A DNA stretch of 64,000 nucleotides from an uncultured Eubacteriales bacterium (GTDB taxonomy: Bacteria; Bacillota; Clostridia; Oscillospirales; CAG-272). How positions within the stretch are numbered: the first letter of the stretch is position 1; every line of letters starts with the position of its first letter. The stretch lies in contig CAKSPO010000006.1 in assembly GCA_934481515.1 (NCBI GenBank), positions 134 through 64,133 of the forward strand, read 5' to 3'. Shown here piece after piece: positions 53,149 to 61,881 of the stretch. The translations under genes were made by a program, and so were the position numbers. The notes beneath the pieces were generated by a model that worked only from the letters and a program-made list of their open reading frames with translations, made no database searches and had not been told where the DNA came from.

Positions 53149-55890
53149 TCAGCGAATCAGAATGGAATCCCCGTCCGCTTCCCCGATGGCGATCAGCGCA
53201 TCTCTGGTGAAGTGGTTGGCTTCCACAGTGTACTTTCCTTTGACGGAACCGCTTGCATAAACCTTCAGAACCGTTGCGCTTTCCGGTGCCAGTCCGACTT
53301 CCTTCACGGCATCCAGATCCACCACGGAACCGTTTTCAAAATAATGATCGAACAGGCAAACATCAATCAGAGCCACATTCGGATTGGCATTGCTCATCGG
53401 CTCCGGTCGCGAGGGAGCCGGGGGCGGAGTCTCCGCAGGCTCGTCCTCTTCGGTGGGTTCGTCCTCTTCGGCAACCTCGTCCTCTTCGGCAGGCTCGTCC
53501 TCTTCGACAACTTCGTCCTCTTCGGTGGGTTCGTCCTCTTCGACAGGCTCGTCCTCTTCGGTGGGCTCGTCCTCTTCGGCAACCTCGTCCTCTTCGGCAA
53601 CTTCGTCCTCTTCGGCAACCTCGTCCTCTTCGACAGGCTCGTCCTCTTCGACAACTTCGTCCTCTTCGACAGGCTCGTTCTCTTCGGCAGGCTCGTCCTC
53701 TTCGGCAACCTCGTCCTCTTCGACAGGCTCGTCCTCTTCGGCAACCTCGTCCTCTTCGGTGGGTTCGTCCTCTTCGACAGGCTCGTCCTCTTCGGCAGGC
53801 TCGTCCTCTTCGACAGCTTCTTCCGCGGGTTCCGGGACTTCCGGGATCTCCGGAATTTCCGGAGCGGATTCTTCAACCGTTTCTGTCGGTTGTATAGTAG
53901 CAGAAGGTTCTGCAAGCGTTGCGGTCTCCTCCGCTTCTCCCTCGATCAACTTTGTTGCTGAAGTCTTTCCGGCAGAATCCGGAACGTGATAGAAAGTTTC
54001 TTTATAGTGTTGCTCCACAATGTGCACCGTCTCTCTCGAAACGGTCGTCGTAGAAGCAGGAACGGGAGCGGCCGGTTGCGTCACCTCTTCCGGATTTTCC
54101 TCCGGCTCCGGTTCGGGCATTTCCTCCGGCGCAGGCTCCGGTTCCGGTACTTGTTCCGGTTCCGGCTCTGTCGCTTTTTCCGCCTCGTCGTCCAGTTCCC
54201 AGGTAAAGTTTGCGTTTGCCGGAATCACGCTGGCATCCTCGTCCGGAACCGCAGGAACATGATCGGGATCCAACTCAAAGGAAACCGCCGGTTTTTCCTC
54301 CCGCAGATACTCACGGATCAGCCCGCGTGCAATCAGACTATCGGTTGCTTCAAACGGATACTGCTCCTCGTAATTGACCTCTTCCAGATCAATCGGAGAC
54401 AATCCCTGCTCCTCACAGGTTCGCTGAATCAGCTCCAACGCCAGCGTCAGCTTACGGGGAGAGGTAACTTTATACAGAAACGGCGTGTCCGCATACTTTT
54501 TCTTTCCGCCGACATCTCTGCCGTGATAAACCGTGCCCTCCAGTCCCGCGGGATCCAGTGCAAGATACACCTCCAGAGTCTTTGCGCGGGCATTGAATTT
54601 TGCAATCTGCGTATGCTCATTGGTGAAGGTCTCACAGCCCCAGCTGATGCGGTTGCGGGTTCCCTCGTACGCCATGACGGCATTTTTCAGCGCACTGTAA
54701 TACCGCTTGACCGCCGGGCGGGACTGAATCAGCTTTGCTTCAAAGCTCTTGCGGTAACGTGCTACGATATAGTAGCCGGTCTCCTCATCAAATCCGACAA
54801 TCCGTTCGTTGGCATCAAACAGGTCGCTGTCGAAGCCATCCTCCGCGTCCGGCTCTTCTCCGTCGTTGTCCTCCGCGGAAACGTCACCGTCCGCAGAAAG
54901 GTCGGTATCGTCATCGTCGTCCTCCGCGTCATCCTCCGGAGATTCCGGAAACTCTGCGTCCTCCCGCAGAGAATGCTTTTCTCCTGCTCCCGCCGCCACG
55001 GTCGCATCCGAAGTGTTCCGCGGGCTTTCCACCGCCATTTCACGTTCCAAACGGTGCTGTTTCTCCACCTTCAGAAGCTCCGTGATTGCACGCAAAAGCT
55101 CCTCGGTCAAAGGCGTGTCCTTTGCAACCGCGGCAGGCGTCGGGATATTGTTGGTAGTCGTTTCGTGAACGACCTCCTTGTGTGTTTCCGTAAAGTGTTT
55201 TTCAATAATCCGGACAGAACCGGGCGCACCGGCATACGGCGGCACCTGCTGTGTCCCCGCCGCCGTCATGGGAACCTGTTCCGGAACCGTTGCGGAAACC
55301 GGAACCGAAGGCTCCGCCGCATCCGCAGGAACCGTCTCCTCCGCGGAAAAAATCTCCTCCTGCTCCCTCTCCGGAAGATTCTCCTCCATCGGAGGCTCCT
55401 CGATGTCCGCCTCGGCATCCGTCGGGGCATCCGCTTCGTCGTCGGCTACGGCATCCTCTGCCGCCCCCTCTGCTTCCGTTACGGATTCCGCCGCCTCTGT
55501 CCCGGCATCGGTATCGACATCCGGTGTGTCGGCTTCCTTACGGCGCTCCTTTCCGGCAAGGAACAGGTACCCCTTGCAACGGAACACAACCAAAAGAACC
55601 GCAAGCACGATAGCCCCGACCGCCGCCGCTCCCGCCAGTGTATAAAACACGGCATACGTCGTCCTGGGAACAATTCCGAGCAACAGGATCCCCAGCGCAT
55701 AATGCCGCTCGGAATCCTCCTCTTTGCCGTGCGCGCGTCTGACCTTTCCGATCAGGATGCAGATTCCGGCAATCTCTGCCCCAAGGATGCATGCCAGCAG
55801 GACAATGGCAATCAGAAAGAACCGCTCCGCGCTGAGATTCAGCGTAGCGGAAAGCGCTGCGGTAAGTACCGGGAAAAAAGATGAAATCAA
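53149..55890 (-). CDS. 913-aa membrane-anchored polyacidic protein with a conserved basic domain and a uL15-like C-terminal domain
   Basis: TTG start 8 nt after GGAGG. Three N-terminal TM helices. D/E-rich linkers. Conserved domain at aa 362-530. About 22 hexapeptide EEDE[PV]x repeats. The last 76 aa (NVALIDV...LKVYASGSVKGKYTVEANHFTRDALIAIGEADGDSILIR) align to the ribosomal protein L15 C-terminal domain. Confidence 0.8.
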   Translation of the reverse strand: MISSFFPVLTAALSATLNLSAERFFLIAIVLLACILGAEIAGICILIGKVRRAHGKEEDSERHYALGILLLGIVPRTTYAVFYTLAGAAAVGAIVLAVLLVVFRCKGYLFLAGKERRKEADTPDVDTDAGTEAAESVTEAEGAAEDAVADDEADAPTDAEADIEEPPMEENLPEREQEEIFSAEETVPADAAEPSVPVSATVPEQVPMTAAGTQQVPPYAGAPGSVRIIEKHFTETHKEVVHETTTNNIPTPAAVAKDTPLTEELLRAITELLKVEKQHRLEREMAVESPRNTSDATVAAGAGEKHSLREDAEFPESPEDDAEDDDDDTDLSADGDVSAEDNDGEEPDAEDGFDSDLFDANERIVGFDEETGYYIVARYRKSFEAKLIQSRPAVKRYYSALKNAVMAYEGTRNRISWGCETFTNEHTQIAKFNARAKTLEVYLALDPAGLEGTVYHGRDVGGKKKYADTPFLYKVTSPRKLTLALELIQRTCEEQGLSPIDLEEVNYEEQYPFEATDSLIARGLIREYLREEKPAVSFELDPDHVPAVPDEDASVIPANANFTWELDDEAEKATEPEPEQVPEPEPAPEEMPEPEPEENPEEVTQPAAPVPASTTTVSRETVHIVEQHYKETFYHVPDSAGKTSATKLIEGEAEETATLAEPSATIQPTETVEESAPEIPEIPEVPEPAEEAVEEDEPAEEDEPVEEDEPTEEDEVAEEDEPVEEDEVAEEDEPAEENEPVEEDEVVEEDEPVEEDEVAEEDEVAEEDEVAEEDEPTEEDEPVEEDEPTEEDEVVEEDEPAEEDEVAEEDEPTEEDEPAETPPPAPSRPEPMSNANPNVALIDVCLFDHYFENGSVVDLDAVKEVGLAPESATVLKVYASGSVKGKYTVEANHFTRDALIAIGEADGDSILIR
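53431..53826. repeat. In-frame 18-nt tandem repeat, about 22 units, encoding EEDE[PV][AVT]
   Basis: ctcgtcctcttcggcaac / ...gacagg / ...ggtggg units recur head to tail. All six frames give low-complexity shadow ORFs in the track. Confidence 0.95.
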
Positions 55891-55974
55891 AATTCCGTCC
55901 TCCGTTTCCGATTCTGTCTGTAAAAATAGAACTTATTTTACAGCATTTTACTGATTCGATGATTCTACAAGTAT

Positions 55975-56003
55975 ATTGTAGCACAAAACGATTTTAGAAT
56001 CAA
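55975..56003 (-). promoter_or_regulatory. Extended -10 promoter of the surface-protein operon
   Basis: The reverse strand reads TTGATT, 17 nt, TGcTACAAT, within an AT-rich spacer. Confidence 0.6.
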
Positions 56004-56050
56004 TAGTAAAAAAAATTTTATTCTGTTTTTTCCACGGTTTTCCGTCGCAT

Positions 56051-56087
56051 AAAAAGCCCGGAAACAACAAAAGGAACAACGTTTCCG
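56051..56087 (-). terminator. Intrinsic terminator of the upstream lipid-kinase operon
   Basis: The reverse strand reads cggaaac...gtttccg, followed by GGCTTTTTA. Confidence 0.6.
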
Positions 56088-56135
56088 CATCCATCGGCAA
56101 AAACGTGTTCCTCCTGACAAAACCTTTAAAAAATC

Positions 56136-56810
56136 TCACAGCTCCTGCAAAAGGCGCTCCAGCCGGTTCCGGACCTCCCCGCACCGGAGAAAAACCGTCT
56201 GCAGTCGGCACTGCTTTCCTTCTCCGGACAGATCCGCCGCCGCTCCGACCTCGCGTCGCAGATACGCCGACAGACTTCCCGCATCCTCCCGCGCCGCGGC
56301 AGACACCCTTGCAAATGCCGCCGAAAGCGCCGCTTCCCGACACTCCGGCGATGCCGCTTTTCCGTGAGACGCTTCCGTCTCCGGGCATTCATTCTCCGCC
56401 GTTCCGCCCGCCGGTTCCCCGCCGCTTCCGGATCGGATTCTGACCCCAGCGACCCGAAGCTCCGTCAGTTGTTTTTCCACGGCATGCAAAGCAAAGAAAA
56501 CCGGAAGGCTCTCCTCCTGCAACTTCTCCCAGGACAAAAGCATCCGGCAGACGACCGGAAGAGCATCCTCCTTCGGCTCCCCGCGGAAAATGCCGGACGG
56601 TGCCGGGAGCGCGTGCTCCGTCCGCCGCAACAGCTCCATCTCCCGCTCCAGTTTCTGCCGCAGAAGCACCTTTGCCTGCGCAAGCTGCTTTTCTGCCTGT
56701 GAGAGAAGCACCTCCCGGCTCACCTCCGGAAGCGGTGCGTCCCGATTGGTTCCGGTTCCAAGATACCCGAAATCCTCCGGAAAAAGCGGTTTCCCGCCCC
56801 CCTCAGACAT
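56136..56810 (-). CDS. Hypothetical protein (about 224 aa), coiled-coil-rich
   Basis: Start MSEGGGKPLF overlaps the upstream stop by 8 nt. EKQLAQAKVLLRQKLEREMELLRR segment. No family recognised. Confidence 0.45.
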   Translation of the reverse strand: MSEGGGKPLFPEDFGYLGTGTNRDAPLPEVSREVLLSQAEKQLAQAKVLLRQKLEREMELLRRTEHALPAPSGIFRGEPKEDALPVVCRMLLSWEKLQEESLPVFFALHAVEKQLTELRVAGVRIRSGSGGEPAGGTAENECPETEASHGKAASPECREAALSAAFARVSAAAREDAGSLSAYLRREVGAAADLSGEGKQCRLQTVFLRCGEVRNRLERLLQEL

Positions 56811-57765
56811 CCGCGTGCTCCCGCCGGTCCGGATGATGCTCCTCTCCGGGCAACGGCTGTGCCGTGTCCGGGACGGCAAACCGGATGGCGTGCGGTACCA
56901 CCTCTACCGTAAAGCGGTTCTGCGCCACCAGCTCACCGTCAAAGGAATACAGAAACCCGTCGGGCGCTTCAATCTCCACCCGTTTGGCGCGACGGTAATG
57001 AACGATATCCGCAAAAGCAGGATCCTCCAGATGTGTTCCGCTGGTATAACCGTTAATCAGACGGAGAAACCGGATTCTCGATACCGGATCGACCAGACAG
57101 ATTTCCAGCCAGCCGTCATTGTCCAGCGAACGCGGTGCACAGCGGAAGGAACCGCCCACATACTGCCCGTTCGCAATCGTACAGAGCAGCAGTTTTCCCT
57201 TCGGGTTGATGACTTCCCCGTCCGCCTTTACCGTGCATTGGTTCTTCATTCCCTTGAAAAGCCCGACCACAACGCCGGTGGTGTATGCGTTCTTTCCGCC
57301 GATCAGCTTCTTCCGCCGGACATCGATCATGGTCTTTGCCACGCAGGAATCAAACCCGAAATGCGTCGCGTTGATGGCATACTTGTTTCCCACGCGCATC
57401 AGATCAATATATTCTTCCTTGGCGGAAAGCAGCGCAGGAAGATTCCAGAAAACCTTTTTCCCGCCGTAATACTTGACAAAATCGTTTCCGGAACCGCAGG
57501 GATAACAGCTGACGGAGACCTGCGGAAACCCGACGGCACCGTTGACCACCTCATTCAGCGTTCCGTCTCCGCCGCAGGCGTAAAAGCGGACGGGATCGGT
57601 ATATTTCATGCAGTAATTCCGGATGTAAACCGTCGCATCCCCCGGTGCCTGCGTCTCGTACAGCTCATAATCCGCATCGGCAGCTTCCGTGGAAAGACAA
57701 CGACGGATGGTCTCGTAGGAATTGTTTTTCCCGGCGGCAGGATTGATCATAAACACGTGTTTCAT
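56803..57765 (-). CDS. Diacylglycerol/lipid kinase family protein (YegS/DagK-like)
   Basis: MINPAAGK..., ACGGDGTLNEVVNG, GSGNDF. Confidence 0.85.
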   Translation of the reverse strand: MKHVFMINPAAGKNNSYETIRRCLSTEAADADYELYETQAPGDATVYIRNYCMKYTDPVRFYACGGDGTLNEVVNGAVGFPQVSVSCYPCGSGNDFVKYYGGKKVFWNLPALLSAKEEYIDLMRVGNKYAINATHFGFDSCVAKTMIDVRRKKLIGGKNAYTTGVVVGLFKGMKNQCTVKADGEVINPKGKLLLCTIANGQYVGGSFRCAPRSLDNDGWLEICLVDPVSRIRFLRLINGYTSGTHLEDPAFADIVHYRRAKRVEIEAPDGFLYSFDGELVAQNRFTVEVVPHAIRFAVPDTAQPLPGEEHHPDRREHADV

Positions 57766-57784
57766 TAAAACTCCTCAGACTCTA

Positions 57785-58183
57785 TCAAAAAAATTCAGAA
57801 CCGAAAAAGGCAACTCCCGGAAGTACCAGTGCGGAGGCATCGCCGGAACCGGATGCAGCGGAAGAATACAGCAGGGCGCACAGATAGGCGAGAACGATGG
57901 AAAGTGCAATTCCGAGAAGAATCCCGGACGCAATCTTTGCCCCCCTGGAGCTGCCGCGGAAGGTAAATGCCATCAGAACGGCACTGATAAATGCCGCACC
58001 AGCAGAGCCGGTCAGCGGAAGCGCCACCAGAACAATGGCGACAGCAATGGAGGCAAAGGCATCCTCCAGACTGCCCCCGTTCATTCCGGAAATGGTAACA
58101 AGCCCCGAAACGGTGATTCCGACAAGGATAAGAGAAATGATCAGAAAAAAGCAGGCGAAGGAAAAGAGAATCGGATGCTTCAT
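57785..58183 (-). CDS. Small integral membrane protein, unknown function
   Basis: Four hydrophobic helices. GGGAGGAG RBS 8 nt upstream. Confidence 0.6.
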   Translation of the reverse strand: MKHPILFSFACFFLIISLILVGITVSGLVTISGMNGGSLEDAFASIAVAIVLVALPLTGSAGAAFISAVLMAFTFRGSSRGAKIASGILLGIALSIVLAYLCALLYSSAASGSGDASALVLPGVAFFGSEFF

Positions 58184-58226
58184 TTTTCAGGCTCCTCCCT
58201 TTGAATTTTGCATTTCTGCGATTTTT

Positions 58227-58255
58227 ATCATATCATATTCCGCCGGAAAAGTCAA
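58227..58255 (-). promoter_or_regulatory. Sigma-70 promoter for the membrane protein / lipid kinase operon
   Basis: The reverse strand reads TTGACT, 17 nt, TATGAT. Confidence 0.5.
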
Positions 58256-58394
58256 GACCGTTTTCCGCGACGGCCGACGGAAAAGATTTTTTCTGCCGCG
58301 CAAAAAAATTCCTGCCGCTCTTTACTTTTTCGCGGAAATATGCTATACTGACAGCAGTCAGGCCATGTCAAAGGGATCGGAGGAGAAACCAACC

Positions 58395-58691
58395 ATGTCC
58401 AATCAGAACAACGAGCTGCTGGAGTATCTCTGTCAGGGGCTTCTGACCCTGCAAACACCGGAGGAATGCCGGAGCTTTCTGGAGGATCTCTGCACCGCGT
58501 CGGAGCTTCAGGAAATGTCCCGTCGGCTCCTCGCGGCAAAAATGCTCCGCAGCAATTACGTCTATTCCGAAATTGCCTCCCAGACCGGACTTTCCACCGC
58601 CACCATCAGCCGCGTCAACCGTTGTCTCAAATACGGCTCGGACGGATATCTGACCGTTCTTGACCGTCTGTCCCGGAAGGAGCGGCATTGA
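58395..58691 (+). CDS. YerC/YecD (TrpR-like) family protein
   Basis: LCQGLLTLQTPEECRSFLEDLCTASELQEMSRRLLAAKML...GLSTATISRVNRCLKYG. The ATG lies after GGAGGAG. Confidence 0.85.
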   Translation: MSNQNNELLEYLCQGLLTLQTPEECRSFLEDLCTASELQEMSRRLLAAKMLRSNYVYSEIASQTGLSTATISRVNRCLKYGSDGYLTVLDRLSRKERH

Positions 58692-58692
58692 G

Positions 58693-59487
58693 ATGGCAGG
58701 CTGCGAAGGCTACGGCGCGATCGCCCGCGTTTACGACCGGCTGAACAAGGAAATCGACTATGCCGCGTGGGCGGACTTTCTGGAAGCCTGCTTTGACCGT
58801 TATCTCCCCGCCCGCCCCTCGCTGGTTCTGGACCTTGCCTGCGGAACGGGAAGCATGACACTTGCGCTCGCCGCGCGGGGCTATGACATGATCGGCGTGG
58901 ACGGGAGTGCGGAAATGCTTTCGGTCGCGTATGAAAGGAACGCCGGAAAATACCCGGTGCTCTGGCTGGAGCAGGATCTGCGGAGCTTTGAGCTGTACGG
59001 AACCGTCGGTGCCGTCACCTGCTGTCTTGACAGTCTGAACTACCTTCTTACTCCCGAAGACCTTGCCCGGTGCTTTTCTGCCGTTCACAATTACCTCGAC
59101 CCGGACGGGCTGTTCCTGTTTGACATGAACACGCCGTATAAATTCCGGACGGTCTACGCGGACAACGCCTATGTTCTGGAGGAAGAACTTCCCGCACCGG
59201 AGGGGAGCGATGAATCCCCTGTCTCCGTCTACTGTGGCTGGCAGAATTTCTTCGACCCGGAAAGCGGCATCTGCGATTTTGACCTGACCCTGTTTGAAGA
59301 GCAGGAAAACGGTTCCTACCGCCGCTCGGATGAGCACCAGCAGGAACGGTGCTACCGGATGGAGGAAATTTCAGATTCACTCCGAAGTGCCGGAATGGAA
59401 CTGCTCGGCATCTTCTCGGACTTTTCCTTCCGTCCGGCAAACGAGCAGACCGAACGCTGGTATTTTGTCGCCCGCGCAAAAAAATAA
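58693..59487 (+). CDS. Class I SAM-dependent methyltransferase
   Basis: VLDLACGTGSMTLALAARGYDMIGVDGS motif I. The ATG lies 1 nt after the yerC-like stop. Confidence 0.85.
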   Translation: MAGCEGYGAIARVYDRLNKEIDYAAWADFLEACFDRYLPARPSLVLDLACGTGSMTLALAARGYDMIGVDGSAEMLSVAYERNAGKYPVLWLEQDLRSFELYGTVGAVTCCLDSLNYLLTPEDLARCFSAVHNYLDPDGLFLFDMNTPYKFRTVYADNAYVLEEELPAPEGSDESPVSVYCGWQNFFDPESGICDFDLTLFEEQENGSYRRSDEHQQERCYRMEEISDSLRSAGMELLGIFSDFSFRPANEQTERWYFVARAKK

Positions 59488-59623
59488 GCACTGTTGCAGC
59501 AAAAAAGCGTCCTGAAAAAACAGGGCAAAAAGATCTAAGAAACAAGAAATGTCCCGGACGTGCCGCATTGCGTAACGCCGCACTGCGCCCCCGGGCCGGA
59601 TCCAAAATCCGAACAGGAATCCA

Positions 59624-60532
59624 ATGAAAAAGGTCGGTGTTTTTATGAACCCATCTGTCATTCTGCGCGCCATGACTTCGGACGGCAGCGCGAGAATCCA
59701 TGTCATCCGTTCCACGGAAATCGTCAACGAGGCGATCCGCATTCACCATACGACTCCGACGGCAAGCGCAACGCTCGGCAGACTTCTGACCGTGACCTCC
59801 GTCATGGGCAGTATGCTCGGAGAAAAGACCGACTCCGTCACCGTTTCTCTCAAGGGAGACGGCCCTGCCGGAACCGTGCTTGCCACTGCGGACTACATCG
59901 GAAACGTCCGCGGCTATATTCAGAATCCTTCCGTGGAGCTTCCGCTGAAGCCGAACGGAAAGCTGGACGTGGGCGGCGCCGTCGGGCGCGGACTGCTCAA
60001 CATCAGCCGGGACTGCGGCGGTGAGGAGCCATATAACGGTTCCATCGAGCTGGTCAGCGGCGAGATTGCGGAGGATATTGCGGCGTATTATGCCAAGAGC
60101 GAACAGATTCCCACGGTATGCGCTCTCGGCGTTCTAATCGATACCGACGGCTCCTGCCGCGCCGCGGGCGGGGTTCTGCTCCAGCTGTTGCCCTTTGCCG
60201 CTCCGGAAACCGTAGACCGGATTGAGAAAAACGTCTCCGCACTTTCCAACATCTCCTCGCTCTTTGATGCAGGAATGTCGCCGGAGGACATTGCCAAAAT
60301 CGCTCTTCGGGACGTGCCCTTTGATGTATTCGATGAATTGGATGTCTCCTACCGTTGCAATTGCAGTCGTGACCGGATCGCGAAGGCACTGATTACGCTG
60401 GGAAAATCCGAGCTTCTGAAGCTGGCAGACGAGCAGGCGGCGCTCGGCAATCCGCCGGAAATCGAGGTGCAATGCCGCTTCTGCGACAAGAAGGAACGCT
60501 TTACCAAGGCGGATATTGAAAAACTGTTCTGA
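59624..60532 (+). CDS. hslO: Hsp33-family redox chaperone HslO
   Basis: Hsp33 core with C-terminal zinc cysteines YRCNCSRD...VQCRFCDK. The start may be the ATG at 59645 (MNPSVILRA). Confidence 0.9.
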   Translation: MKKVGVFMNPSVILRAMTSDGSARIHVIRSTEIVNEAIRIHHTTPTASATLGRLLTVTSVMGSMLGEKTDSVTVSLKGDGPAGTVLATADYIGNVRGYIQNPSVELPLKPNGKLDVGGAVGRGLLNISRDCGGEEPYNGSIELVSGEIAEDIAAYYAKSEQIPTVCALGVLIDTDGSCRAAGGVLLQLLPFAAPETVDRIEKNVSALSNISSLFDAGMSPEDIAKIALRDVPFDVFDELDVSYRCNCSRDRIAKALITLGKSELLKLADEQAALGNPPEIEVQCRFCDKKERFTKADIEKLF

Positions 60533-60555
60533 ATCTTTGTTTTCGGACAAAGCAC

Positions 60556-60584
60556 TTGACGAAACGAAGGAAAGCAGATATAAT
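60556..60584 (+). promoter_or_regulatory. Consensus sigma-70 promoter for the glucokinase gene
   Basis: TTGACG, 17 nt, TATAAT. Confidence 0.65.
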
Positions 60585-60634
60585 GGAGGAAGATTTCCCT
60601 CCAAAAACCATTCAAAAAAGGAGACTTACTGTCT

Positions 60635-61597
60635 ATGTACCGTATCGGTATTGACCTCGGCGGAACCAACATCGCCGCCGGTATTGTAAACGAACAATAC
60701 AAAATCATCGCAAAGGACAGCGTTCCGACCCTTTCCGAAAGACCCGGTGAAGAGATTGCCGCGGACATTGCCGCACTGTGCAAAAAGCTCTGCACCGACT
60801 CCGGCATTGCGGAAGCCGATGTCGCTTCCGTCGGAATCGCTTCCCCCGGCATCGTAGACGATGAGACCGGAGAGATCATTTATGCCAATAACCTCTCCGG
60901 CTTCCGTCACTTCCCGCTCGTTCCCACGCTCAAAAAGCTGCTCACCGTTCCCGAAATCCACATTGAAAACGATGCGAACGCGGCGGCATGGGGCGAAGCC
61001 GTCGCCGGTGCGGCAAAGGGAAGCAAATCCTCCGTCATGATTACCCTCGGAACCGGGGTCGGCGGCGGCATCATCGACCACGGAAAAGTCTTCAAGGGCT
61101 TCAATTCCGCGGCGGGAGAGCTGGGACATATTGTCATCGCCGTGGACGGCAGACCCTGCTCCTGCGGCAGACGCGGCTGCTGGGAAGCGTATTCCTCCGC
61201 AACAGGGCTGATCAACATGACCCGCGAAAAGCTGGAGGAGTGTGAAAAGACCGGTCGCAAGACCGTCATGACCGAATTGGTTGCCGCCGCCGGGAAGGTC
61301 AACGGCAGAACCGCCTTTGACGGCATGCGCAAGGGCGATGCCGCGGCAAAAGAGGTCGTGGACGAATATATCAAATATCTGGCAAGCGGTCTGGCAAGTA
61401 TGATCAACATCTTCCAGCCGGAGGTTCTTTCCATCGGCGGAGGCATCTCCAACGAGGGACAGACGCTTCTGGATCTGGTCGAGCCGCTGGTCCGGAAGGA
61501 ACAGTACGGAACAGGTCTGATTCCCAATCCCACTCTGCGGATTGCAACCCTGCGCAATGACGCCGGCATCATCGGCGCCGCCGTTCTCGGACTGTAA
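60635..61597 (+). CDS. ROK-family glucokinase
   Basis: IGIDLGGTNIAAGIV, GTGVGGGII, GHIVIAVDGRPCSCGRRGCWEAYSS. Confidence 0.9.
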   Translation: MYRIGIDLGGTNIAAGIVNEQYKIIAKDSVPTLSERPGEEIAADIAALCKKLCTDSGIAEADVASVGIASPGIVDDETGEIIYANNLSGFRHFPLVPTLKKLLTVPEIHIENDANAAAWGEAVAGAAKGSKSSVMITLGTGVGGGIIDHGKVFKGFNSAAGELGHIVIAVDGRPCSCGRRGCWEAYSSATGLINMTREKLEECEKTGRKTVMTELVAAAGKVNGRTAFDGMRKGDAAAKEVVDEYIKYLASGLASMINIFQPEVLSIGGGISNEGQTLLDLVEPLVRKEQYGTGLIPNPTLRIATLRNDAGIIGAAVLGL

Positions 61598-61606
61598 AAA
61601 TATCCG

Positions 61607-61650
61607 AAAATCCCCGTGCTTCCGGTCTGCCGGAACCGCGGGGATTTTGT
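61607..61650 (+). terminator. Intrinsic terminator after the glucokinase gene
   Basis: aaaatccccg...cggggatttt with an inner ttccgg/ccggaa pairing. Confidence 0.7.
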
Positions 61651-61881
61651 CAACGTTTTCCTTCTCCCGCCCCTTAAAAGTTAAAAATGCAAGGCAATAC
61701 CGCGCAATTCCAACCGTGCAATTGTGCAGTCGGATTTTTTCGTCAGACGATACAGGAAGCCTTTCCGGTAGCCGGGCTATCTACAAAGCTTTTTGTAAAA
61801 GTATGACGGAGAAACGCAAGCAAGTGCGCCGACTGCGGGATGCGCGGTGTTGTCGTAAACCGTCAAAAAAGGAGAGACCGA

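Noticed and set aside
50384-53260. 958-aa plus-strand ORF antisense to the 1477-aa surface protein gene
   Set aside because: It is Arg/Gly/Val-rich, has no recognisable motifs and spans the intergenic gap between two reverse-strand genes. It is a typical antisense shadow in GC-rich coding DNA.
53068-53989. Four overlapping ORFs in both orientations translating as poly-LVLFG, RPLRQ, SSSS/GSSS and KRTS repeats
   Set aside because: All are alternative-frame readings of the 18-nt tandem repeat. Only the reverse-strand frame continues into a full-length protein with an RBS, TM helices and conserved domains.
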